A DNA stretch of 63,117 nt, filler included, from Choristocarpus tenellus KU-1152 (lineage: Eukaryota; Protista; Phaeophyceae): NCBI GenBank assembly GCA_964200185.2. It is 9 parts of 9 records of this genome, joined end to end, with 100 filler letters (N's around TTAATTAATTAA, not from the genome) between each part and the next. Parts side by side here need not be neighbours in the genome. Positions count along the whole stretch, not along the records: positions 50,733 to 55,104 come from CAXNAD020014859.1; positions 55,205 to 60,152 come from CAXNAD020012418.1; positions 60,253 to 63,117 come from CAXNAD020024107.1; 6 more parts are not named here. One strand, given 5' to 3'. Shown in pieces: positions 52,637 to 63,117 of this stretch (its first letter is position 1; each line of letters begins with the position of its first letter). The notes under the pieces are model-generated. The model ran no database searches, was not told the origin of the DNA, and worked only from the letters and a program-made list of their open reading frames with translations. Position numbers and translations under genes: made by a program.

Positions 52637-52894
52637 TCTTAGAGGGTATAGTCACGTCCATTTGGGGGCCAAAATACAATATTGCGATTTTGATATAATT
52701 TTGGTGTAATTTTGACTATCGTATTTGTTAGGTGTGTCAATATCCTTGTTTCGGACATATACATGATACCTACTCCAAAGCGTACACATTTTACCTACTC
52801 CGCAACATTTCGGAAAGGGAAAAAGTCATAAAAAAAACCCTTGGGAAGCCAAGCCCCAAACGGACAAACAGGACAAAACTCGTACCCTCTAAGA
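52637..52894. mobile_element. 258-bp MITE with TCTTAGAGGGTA terminal inverted repeats
   Basis: tcttagagggta ... taccctctaaga, flanked by TA on the left and CA on the right. Partial copies at 24997, 36461 and about 60360-60455. Confidence 0.8.
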
Positions 52895-53233
52895 CACTTT
52901 CACTCAATACATTCGTACTTCATAACCTAAGTATATATTCATTGGATAGTATCTACACAGTACGTGGGGGAAAGCCATGCATAGTAGATCTCCATCCTGT
53001 TCACCAAGTAAGCAACTTCCACTCATGCTTCTTTCCAATTACTCTTCCGGAACAATATCTATCCGCTCCTCGTTGTAGCCATAAATATCAATCTCCTCCC
53101 CACCAGCATCTGGTGATACAACCTCAAGGACTCTATCTGCTCTCCATACTGCCATTTTCTCTCCAACCAAACAGGTTAATGAAGTGCAGGTGGCGATGTG
53201 GTGGGTCGACCTTGACTCGAATATAAAAAGGAC

Positions 53234-54225
53234 TTACATGGCACCAACAAACAAGAAAGCCATTACAAGCTTACCAACCATGCAGAACATAGCTATAATA
53301 CTGAAAATTAGACGTGGTTCATCAGCAAGATTCACATCTTCCCGATAGGATACAAAGTTGCTGGTCGAGAGGCAGGCTACAAACTCCACCAGGGTGAATG
53401 GCATGCCCACCAGCCTCACCCGATACACGCCAAATAATCGTACGACTGATCCAAAGATACAATAAAACAGCAAAGAACCATTTCTGCACCACCAATGCAA
53501 GGAGAGCAAGTGAAAAGAATCGACTCACAACCTCAAACACCTCATACAATAAGAATACCTACAAAAAGTGTTGGCGATGCATATCAATAGCACCAAGGCT
53601 CACTCTACCAAAGGCTGGGACAATTCCAAACAAGGTCCCAGTGACCCGATCCCCACCTCCTTCACCACCTTCACCACCTTCATCTCCACCCTGGAGCTTA
53701 TCCCGCTGGACATACAAAGGTTGCTCAGCTACAAGTCCTGTAGTGGCATAGGCCAGCGATAGAGCAGACATTGCAATGGACGCAAATCGGCCAGAGGAAA
53801 TATCTGATGAGGTATCATCCCAGACCAGTAGCAATGCATAGAGCTGCACCATGAGCTGGGGCACGGACTCGTACAGAGGCTCCACCGCTCGAAATTTTAC
53901 AAGCACATGGGGATATTCCTGGCCAGTAATTGAAGTGTAAGCTTCCCAAACCAAACCCAGGTGCAGGACCACAAGTACACGCCTCAACCAGTCTTCATCA
54001 TGGAGGAAGAACAGGCCAGCAATAAGAGCAGGCCTTAGCACGAACACCAAGACCATCCAAAACCACCAGTAGGGATCATCCCTAAGGTAATGATGAGGCA
54101 GCTGCAAAGATGTCATTCCACAAGTCCAGGTATCCAAAAGTCAATGCGGGTAATATTGACATCCAAGAATTCCATCATGGAACAGATGCCCCATCCAGGG
54201 GAAGACCCAGGGGAAGACCCAGCAT
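53234..54225 (-). pseudogene. XK-related (Xkr scramblase family) membrane protein pseudogene
   Basis: FGYLDLWND, WWFWMVLVFV, VEPLYESVPQLMVQLY, SIAMSALSLAY and YEVFEVVSRFFSLAL are XK-family motifs. Interrupted by in-frame TGA (54175-54177), TAG (53559-53561) and frameshifts near 54090 and about 53420. Confidence 0.75.
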
Positions 54226-55344
54226 GAACTTCTTTAGTTCCTGTGATTTCGTAGAGGTTCAGGAGGCACTCCTTCTGAGGCAAAGAATCAAAACAAATTA
54301 TTGATGGAATGTGAACGGCTGAAAAAAATCAGTGTGGGTGCATAAACGGGATATGGCATTACTGTACAAAGGAAGACGCGGTGGTGATACTATAGGACAG
54401 AAGCATAGAGGTAAAAATGTTCACACAATGAGCAAATGCAACCTTTGTCGAAGAATCGTACAATCAACACCTACAATGTGGTGTATCCTAAAGTTAAACC
54501 CTTATTGTACCAGAAGGTTGACCTGACTATGGCAGGTAGAGTACAAGACGAGAGAATCAAATGTAGTACATGTATACAGTTTGTGTGGTGTACCATAGTC
54601 TTGTCAAGTTAGCCAAACTATAAGAACAGATGGATCTAAAAAAGGGTAAGGTTAGGAGAGAATGGACGTTGTGTGGTGTGGGGGTTGTTCAGTTTTTATT
54701 TTTGTATATTATTCCACAAACCAATCACAAAGAGCAAATCTTTTCATTTTCCCGATTGCATTTATTTATTTTTTATTGCTACAGGACCTTTTGATGAGAA
54801 TCAAAGTGGCTACCGGGGTACGTACGCAGTATATATTTAGAGAAAAAAAAAAGGAACACGCTGTTGTCTTTTTTCCTTCGGTTCACATTTATATACAGTA
54901 TCTGAAGAAAATTAAAGAGGTACAATGCAAAAATGAGGAAAGAGTGAGGTAGGTAGGGCATTTTTGAATGAAGGTTCTTTCGTTTTTTCTATGCTCTTAT
55001 TTGAAGACTACACCTATTTCATAAGGAGAGGGGTTGGCGGAGTGGGATGGGGGGGGGGGAGCGAAAATTCTAAGTTCGGGGTCTGACAATAGCTATAAAT
55101 ATCCNNNNNNNNNNNNNNNNNNNNNNNNNNNNNNNNNNNNNNNNNNNNTTAATTAATTAANNNNNNNNNNNNNNNNNNNNNNNNNNNNNNNNNNNNNNNN
55201 NNNNAGGAATAGGTAGATGGGAAGATAAGGAAGACAGTAGTACAATATTTGATAGTGGTGAAGTAACTGATTAGTGATTTCCACACAATGTCTTACAGTG
55301 TTCTTATGTTTAGGATATTTTATTTCTTTAGGGCTAACAACGAC

Positions 55345-55575
55345 ATATATATATATATATAGTTTTCATTGGTTTTCCCCCTGACACATCTGCAAAATGT
55401 CAGAGGGTATAATAATAAATATATATATATATATATAGTTTCCATTGGTTTCCCCCCTGACACATCTGCAAAATGTCAGAGGGTATAATAATAAATATAT
55501 ATATATATATATATAGTTTCCATTGGTTTCCCCCCTGACACATCTGCAAAATTTCAGAGGGCATAATAATAAAAT
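55345..55575. repeat. Three tandem units of about 77 bp separated by (AT)n
   Basis: agtttccattggtttcccccctgacacatctgcaaaatgtcagagggtataataataa at 55361, 55437 and 55515. Confidence 0.9.
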
Positions 55576-56105
55576 ATACTAGTATATTATACTAACATTT
55601 ATTTGGAAACCATGGAGTAAATTAGGTATAACCGTGAGGTCAAAGCAACAACCATAACCAAACTGTCAACCCTAGATTGGGGCAATGCCGTAAGGTCAAG
55701 TGAAACTACAACCAACTCTAACTGTGCCACATACATATGTTATCTATCTTTTTGTATGCAGTATGTGCTCATAATTTTCCAAGACCGAACTGTCCCATTG
55801 TCCAAATTCCCTTGGAAACCAATTCTAACCAATCGCCTTACCGTATATGAAGTAATTTTTATTTTTTTTCAAGGTTCCCGTTTGCATGAGGTAGGTTCAT
55901 CACATGAAAATAAAATCCTTGCAAAAGCGTGTGAACTGAACGTTAAGTAGAGCTCTATCTAGCGATGAATCAAACACACTGCTCCTTTATTTTGAAAGAT
56001 GACTTTTTAAAATTGTTATGCCCACCATCGTTTTGTAGATATTATGTTATGGAGGAACACACGAAACAAAATAACCCAAGGCAGAGAGCATATAATATAT
56101 ACATA

Positions 56106-56453
56106 CTCCCTCTGTCCCACAAGTCTGTTCCTTTATGCATGTAACTCTTCGGGATGACCTCCGATTTCAAAACGGATTTTTGTATTGGATTCCTTGACGT
56201 TTTTTGGATAAGAAAACCCCTCCTTGCTTTCACTCAACGCCGTCAATCCACCAATTTAGTACCTTCTTGTGGGCCTATGCCCACCTAACCTCTGTTCCAT
56301 ATTTTCACAACAATTTCGGGATATATTTTTTCAAATACAACTCATCTTACGTAAAATTTCCGAGGAATCCAACGCAAAAATCCGTTTTGAAATCGGAGGT
56401 CATCCTCAAGAGCTACATACATATAAAGGAACAGACTTATGGGACAGAGGGAG
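56106..56453. mobile_element. Stowaway-like (Tc1/mariner-derived) MITE
   Basis: TA|ctccctctgtccca ... tgggacagagggag|TA; the inverted arms match for about 100 bp; TA target duplication. Confidence 0.88.
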
Positions 56454-58164
56454 TATATGTATGTATCTTGTTTTTCGTTTAAAGAATTCTAATATTTATG
56501 CGAAAACTGTCTGTCATGGGCTCTATGCATTGACAGAGGAACACACATCTTTTGAAGATATTTGACGTAAGGACAAAAAGCACCCCAGGATTTGTTAGAG
56601 TCTGGTAGCTTGGTTGGGAAGGTGTTTGTATGTTTCTGTCAAGTTCTTTCGTAGAGATATTGTTTTTACAATGATTCTATCCCGTCTCGTATTGTTATTG
56701 TGACAATAGGTGTATACACGATTGTTATTGTGGTTTCTCCATGCATACCCCCATGGAGTGTGGTACCAGTAGACTGGAACTAGCTGCGTGGCAATAAAAT
56801 ATAAAACATAGTAGAGCCGTCGCACAACCCCAAAAACAAAACCTACAGAAGAAGTTCAGTTCAATTTGGGTAGAATATGGAATCTACCCAATCAACTGGA
56901 CGAAAGCAATTTGGGTGGGTTTTGGATGCCACACCGGATAACAATCCAATTGGAATGTTCTGCAGTCACTGTGGTATGCGACTCTAAATATAATAATAAT
57001 AATAATAAAGTTTGCATCTACTTATTACAGGGTGAAATACTGGGAATGGCTGCCACTACGGATGGCAACAGGGAAATGTGAAGTTGATAGGTCCCTGCAT
57101 ATACAAGGAACGCCAAAGCAAACTTTCTTATAGACAGAGCAACGAGCTGCAACAAGCTGTCTGCTCCACGGAAGCTTTGGTGTAGAGGGTCCGCCAGGGC
57201 ATCTCTACTTTTCATTACATCATGACATAATCTATAAAAGAAGAAAACTACCACTACAGCACAACGACGACCAATCAACAGTGAGAAAGGAAGTAGTGAC
57301 TCTTGCCTTTGCATAGAATGGAATCCTTTTCTAAAGTAGAGTATCTCAGTGACTATATAACAACGATGTGATCATGCATCAACAGGGCATGCTGAACCTG
57401 TCACAGTCAGGGTCCCTCTCTCTTCAAGAACACATGCCCGCAGTGTACAGTGCCAGATATAATTTGCACAAACACACAGCCCACACAAACACAAAAACGG
57501 GGCTAACACCCTAACCCTAACCATAACACACACTGCAAACAAATAGATCCTAAGAGTATATATCAGAGTGGAGCACACACCAGTGTCCATGCACACGCAC
57601 AAAAGTCATGCCAAATCAAGAGGGGAAGGGGTACGAATCACAGTATCCTAGATGAGGGTTGATTGAAGCCCCCTTTATCATGCCCTGAATAATGCAGCTA
57701 GCCGCCAGTAGAAAACTGTGGCTATGGAAGAGGAGACAGGCGTTTGTCCACGCAACCACAAAATCGCCCTCCAGAATGCTAGGAGTGCATGCACCATAGG
57801 GCCGCCAGCCGCAAGAGATCCCCTACACTCAACGGCATCCCCATCTAAGATGAGAACGCCTTGAAATGAGACAGAAAGCTAAACATGCACACAACAACAA
57901 TGGAAGAGTAGCGAGTCACATCATACCAATTATCCTTACCGTACGTAGCAAATTGCCTCGTAACCTCTCCTGCACCACCAACCCCTGCACAACTCCTACA
58001 ACACATACATAACATGATAGTCAAACCAACACAGAGTCAAGACAACACTCAGTACACAATGCCACCACCGGCTTTCACCGCTTGTCTTCCTCACTTCACT
58101 GCAACAAGGCAACAAGGAAAGACACGGACCTGCGGATGGATGTCTCATCACAGTACCTAGCTAA

Positions 58165-58402
58165 TCAACCGCAGCAGCTGAGAAAGTACCCACCATCAGT
58201 GGGGCAACAGTTTCCCTCGAGACCAGAACATCCTGGCCTGCTTGCACACAAGGCACTCTCACCCATGTCCGACCCTGGCAATGCCGTTGAGTTACCGCCA
58301 TTACTGCCAACGCCGCTCGATGTTTCTGACACTTCAGACCCGCAGCAGCCAAGGTAGGTCCCATCATAGGATGGGCAGCAGGCGCCCTCAAGATTAATGC
58401 AG
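58165..58402 (-). CDS. Terminal exon encoding two Cys-rich modules (C..LEG.CCP..DG..L.CC); upstream exons not identified
   Basis: In a frame absent from the ORF track: CINLEGACCPSYDGTYLGCCG, a Ser/Gly linker, then LCASRPGCSGLEGNCCPTDGGYFLSCCG*. AG acceptor at 58404-58403. Confidence 0.6.
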
Positions 58403-58959
58403 CTACCAGGTTGAGGAAACCCCCGGCGAGGGAATAGAAGGAGGAGAAAAGGTGGGTAGTGTTGAGCAATGGTGTGACCCGATAATTCTTGGAATAACGG
58501 GTAAGATCACAACAACTGTACCTTAGGTACAACGGCGAGTGAAACCCTCTCGTAGTCCAAATTTTGAAGTGGATGATGAGGGGATCGAGTTGGGTAAACC
58601 AACACCTTCCATGACACACATTCACAACTAAGAACGAAAAATAGGTTGGTCGCGGGAATACGGGGGGCTCTTTTGCACCTCAAAAATTGGAGGCGGAAAC
58701 TTCAACGAACGTCTACGGAGAACGACAGTTGAAGAACCCTCTTCGGAACTTCAACGACAAACGACATTCAACGTAATTCTGAGCAACATCCAAAACCAAA
58801 CCGAACTACTGCAAGGCAAGGTTTATTTATAAAACGCACGCGCTTGATGCGACGGTTTCGGAGTACGGAGAGAACAGGAACCAGAACGCCAAAAAAGGAA
58901 AAAATAAATAGATTGAGGCCATCTCATTGGTCAACATACCTCTCTCTCTCTCTCTCTCT

Positions 58960-59890
58960 TCACACTATTTCACTCCTAAAAAGATATTTCCTTCCCAAGT
59001 CTGTTGTTAATTTTTTCCCAGGCGAGAGAGGGCATGCGTACACACGACGCAAGCACCCCATTAAATACACTCAAGAGAATATGCATATACAGGGTGCCAC
59101 CCGATGAAAACAAGTGTTGTTGGAATTTGTCACAGTGTCCCCACGACATGATTCGCTCATGTTGCTCCTTCTCCTGTACCCTTTTGTTTTGTTTTGTTTT
59201 GTTTTTAACGTTATTCGTTTGATATTTGATATTTGATATTTGATACTTGATATTTCGATTTAGGGTTAGGACAAAAAACACCACTAACAATTGCGGAGCT
59301 CGTTTCTTTTCCTTCTTTTCAATCTCCACAAACCTCTCCCTCCCACCTGCCAAGGCCCGACCAAACCCCTCAGCACTAGGCAGGTTATACTTACTACGGA
59401 GTAATGAAAGAGAATCAGATAGTGGCAGGTACTCAACGACTGATTTGGTTGGCAATTATTGAAATAAAAGAGAGAAAAAAATCATTTGAATTCAGAACAT
59501 ATCCCACAGATAGAATGACTGTATGCCGTACATCACAGGAGAGTTGAAGTATCCTACCACATTGTAATGATGAAGAAACCCCAAAATATCAGCAATGAAT
59601 GCAAAACATACTTACACAAACACACACACACACACACATACTCACAGACAGACAGACACAGACACAATTACAAGTTGCACTTTGCGAAAGAAACCAATGA
59701 AGGTTTGGTCACATCGTAACAAAAATTATGAAAACCTTCAGTAGGGTCAAAGAAAATCAAAAACAAGAAATGTGCAATTTGGAGCAATACTAAACCACAT
59801 TGCAATCATAATACCTCCACCATAAATCATGTAATTATGTCCTACTCCACCCCCCGTAAGTAGTTCCCCTCCTACATCAATCGCAGATGC
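58960..59890 (-). CDS. 3' end of an unrecognised protein-coding gene
   Basis: Exons 59890-59815, 59439-59347, 59000-58960 join in phase: ASAIDVGGELLTGGGVGHNYMIYGGVVEYLPLSDSLSLLRSKYNLPSAEGFGRALADLGRKYLFRSEIV*. Confidence 0.55.
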
Positions 59891-62800
59891 CTTTAAGCCC
59901 CCCCCCCAAAAAACAAAACAAAAAAACAAACCCAAACCCAAACCCTAACCTAACCCATCAAATACACGCCTATTCAACCTCCACTACCACTTCCTCCCTT
60001 CCCAACAACAACAACCCCTCACCAAAAACAAAAACGCCTCCGAATCGTAGATCAACACCACACTCTCACCCCCTCTACTCGCCCTCAAAAAGCAACCCCC
60101 CCCCCCCAAAAACACAAAAAAACCAAAACCCAACCACACAAACAACCCCCAANNNNNNNNNNNNNNNNNNNNNNNNNNNNNNNNNNNNNNNNNNNNTTAA
60201 TTAATTAANNNNNNNNNNNNNNNNNNNNNNNNNNNNNNNNNNNNNNNNNNNNACGTTATCCTTTCGACATATGCAACCAAAAAACCCATAAATCGTGAAA
60301 TTAAAAAATTGCCCCCAAATGGACAGCTGCCCCCCCCCCCCCCCCCAGATACTTTGAGCCACTCCGAAATGTTTCGAAAACCGAAAAAGGGCATAAAAAC
60401 CTCGTAAAAGTCAAGCCTCCGAAAGGATAAACAGGGAAAAACTCCTACCCTCTTAAAAAAAATGCTTTGGGCCTCAAGGGACTGAGCAAAATGAATTGTG
60501 GAGAGTGTAGTGTGGTTTCAGAGCAAGTAATTTGTATGCGCATGTGTAGTTTCATGGTCAAGTAAGATAGACTGGTGAAGTAGGATTCCTTGTTACGTTT
60601 TTGGGGCTGGCTACTCTGTGATGTGAATCAGCGCGTTGATACAAATATATTTGAATGGCCTCTATTTGAAGTGAACATACACGACCCTCATGCTCCAGTC
60701 CTACAACACACACAATTTAGGGCCCTGGGAAGAGTTGGCCAATTCCTGAAGCTGGTCGAATTATCTTGTAGTAGCAACTGTTTCAGAGATATGAGACACG
60801 GCAGCAGTGATTGGCGATATACCATAGCCTGATCAAGTGCTCGGCTGAATTACTGAGAAACAGACACCCCTTTGAGAGGAGTAGGTCCGTAGCAAGTCGA
60901 TGAACTCGTTGTTCAATATAGTACCTACCATTATGCTCTACGGGTATCAACGATCTCTTCGCAATGTACCCAAGCCTCATTACTGGTTGGGAAAAAGATT
61001 GAGAAATAAAGTATTGATCAAATCATCACACCTGATCAACACATAATAACAACGAGATATTGGGACCGTCAGGTCGTCCTCTACCAATCCATGATGGAGG
61101 TAGAGGAGACCGCGCCCCTCTAGGAAGGAACACTATCCAGAAAAAGAGGATCGCAATGGAGGAGGACTTGATTAAAGGTACAAAACTGTGGTCAGCGCAA
61201 TGAAGTGGAAAAGAGATGGGTAAGTCAAGTATAAGCCTGAAAGATACCCCCAAAGCTTCGTTGACTTGCCGATTCCTGCCGCAACAAATAACGAAGGGTG
61301 GAGTGGTACAAGGATGAGAAAGATGTATGGTGTAATATTACTTATTGTTCTGAACTTTTTATAATCCACACCTCCAACTACTCTTATGTGGAAAATTAAG
61401 GGTTATGAATGTATTTGTTCTTATTATTACTATTTGTTTTCTGCTAGTGTAAGGATGGGGTCAGAAGCACTTCACACTAACTACTGTAACTAAACATTGT
61501 ACTGCTGGTGATTGTACTTCCTCCTTTTGTGACTTGTTTCTTGCACATTATTGGGCTAAGCACTCCCAAGACTTGCCACTCTGCAATCTCCTTTCAATCT
61601 TGTGCTAGGCTCACCTTGAAGCTACCGTCTTCGTCTTGGTCTGACTTTCTACTTTAACGACAGACAGGAGAGTCTTGCTATACAATCCATTGAGCTTGCC
61701 ACATGGAATTGGATAATCAAAAACAGTCTTCCTCATGTAGAAGTCTGACTTCGACAGGGTTCATAGTCAAGAAACTCATGCAGGGAGCAACCTCCCCAAA
61801 CGCTACGAAAGCAGTTAATATACGTACTGGTGTGGAAACAGTGGTGGAAATGTCCTCGTAAAAAGCCAGGAAAATGTCGGTGACATATTTAAACTTGGTA
61901 ACGTGTACCGAATAAAAGTTGATCAATGTTCAATCAGCAAAACCTTGCAAATGGTTCCCGATGGTGGACAGGGTTGAGAAGCTTAGACGTGATAGCACGC
62001 AGGGTAGACCTCACAAAATCACCCGCCTAGCCATCTGTAGTTGTCTCTTAATACATCAATATAACTGGCACCCCCTACCCCCCTTCTGTTTCCGGAGTGC
62101 CAAAATTTATACATATGTATATACATTCCCCCTTTGCAAGCCCTGCCATCGATAGATCAAAATTATGCAAAAGAGAGCTATTCCAATAGAGTCTTTTTAT
62201 TATATTGTATGGATGTATTTTTTAGCGGAGTGAGCACTATCCCTTGAGGTGGGGGGTCGTCTCTCTTGTTGTCTTATTGCACACGTCAGCAGACACATCA
62301 AAAATGTGTCCTGCCGTTGGTCGTACTATTCACTTATCCTATGTAACTAGTACTACATCAGTAATCCTCCGTCAATCCATTCGATAAGAATCAATCATCC
62401 GAACTTCAAACCTATTTCTCTAAAGCACATGAAAGCAATTCAATGACACTTATTTCACTTCGTCAACATTTCTGTTGTTCAGTAGTGGTCACTAAACAGA
62501 TGTAAACCGTATAGACTACCAGCCTATATTACACAAAAATCTGGTAAGCATAATATACTGTAGTCTTCCACAGAGTTCGCTATTCGTTATTGTTGGGAAA
62601 TTAGTGCTGCTATATAACGTGTCATACTCTATGTTATTTTCTGCTGAGTCTGCTGCTTTCCCTCAAGGACTTTTGCTGTGCCTGCACGTCTGCAACTCAT
62701 ACATATATACCATGTATCACTTGGTAATGTCATTGTACCAAATAGCATATACTTCAGAGATGAAAGACGCTGCAGCAGTTCGATTGGCAGAATGGGTAAA

Positions 62801-62927
62801 TGTTCAGCTGGTGTCGAAAATATCAAAATTCCAAGTGTGAGAAATCCCTCCCTGCCTGCCTACTTGCAAGATAAACCCTTCTTGTCTACCTGTCTTATCC
62901 GCTGAAACTGTGGAGGAAACCTCCACT

Positions 62928-63095
62928 TGGCGCAAAGTATGTGGTGGGGGGTGACGTCCATTCGGGGCCCATTTTTTCTATATCGCGATTTTTGGTTCAT
63001 TTGGTTGCATGCATCGCATGGATAATGTAAGTGCACTTCTCCTTGTCAGGGTCCGAATGGACACTCCCCCCCCCCCCCAAGATACTTTGAGCCAA
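62928..63095. mobile_element. Short MITE with TGGC(G/T)CAAAGTAT-G-run termini
   Basis: ttggcgcaaagtatgtgg..gggg ... cccc aagatactttgagccaa. Related ends (C-run + agatactttg) at about 47435-47456, 50790-50821 and 60330-60360. Confidence 0.7.
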
Positions 63096-63117
63096 CTCCA
63101 CAAAATAGCTTCCCATA

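Noticed and set aside
53559-54177. Stop-codon readthrough or selenocysteine in the XK-like gene
   Set aside because: The accompanying frameshifts point to ordinary pseudogenisation.
58822-58831. TATAAATAAA on the minus strand as a TATA box or poly(A) signal
   Set aside because: Ambiguous between the two roles and too short to support without transcript data.
18406-60252. Recurring TTAATTAATTAA motif as a biological signal
   Set aside because: It is always centred in exactly 100 nt of N padding, so it is an assembly linker. Gene clusters spanning linkers were not interpreted.
60900-62040. Exon-like segments on the minus strand
   Set aside because: Some splice-like sites are present, but in-frame stops and the lack of a recognisable product prevent a supportable model.

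Overview
Eukaryotic, intron-rich DNA, not prokaryotic. Nine segments are joined by eight identical artificial 100-nt linkers (N44-TTAATTAATTAA-N44), so gene adjacency is meaningful only within a segment. Gene content, GT-AG introns of about 0.1-2 kb, TTAGGG tracts and the MITE types suggest a brown alga or close stramenopile relative (inference). Gene models were spliced by hand with exon phases checked. They are: an intron-containing DUF2608-like HAD protein; a large minus-strand gene with two complete and probably a third tandem EDR2_C/DUF1336 domain; a CDIN1 (C15orf41)-like nuclease gene head-to-head with a secreted right-handed beta-helix gene; a DUF3727-like fragment; a protein with four beta-grasp/KHA-like repeats head-to-head with a minimal DHHC palmitoyltransferase, followed by a predicted N-myristoylated ankyrin protein; the GUCT/RGG end of a DDX21-type helicase with a long intronic hairpin; an XK-family pseudogene; an orphan Cys-rich exon; and two unrecognised gene 3' ends. 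Mobile and repeat DNA includes hAT-type and Stowaway-like MITEs, two related MITE families at contig breaks, a hAT transposase relic, a 36-bp minisatellite and many microsatellites. CpG is strongly depleted in gene bodies and repeats but not around gene starts. I found no CRISPR array, rRNA or tRNA. Family assignments come from recalled motifs; no searches were run.
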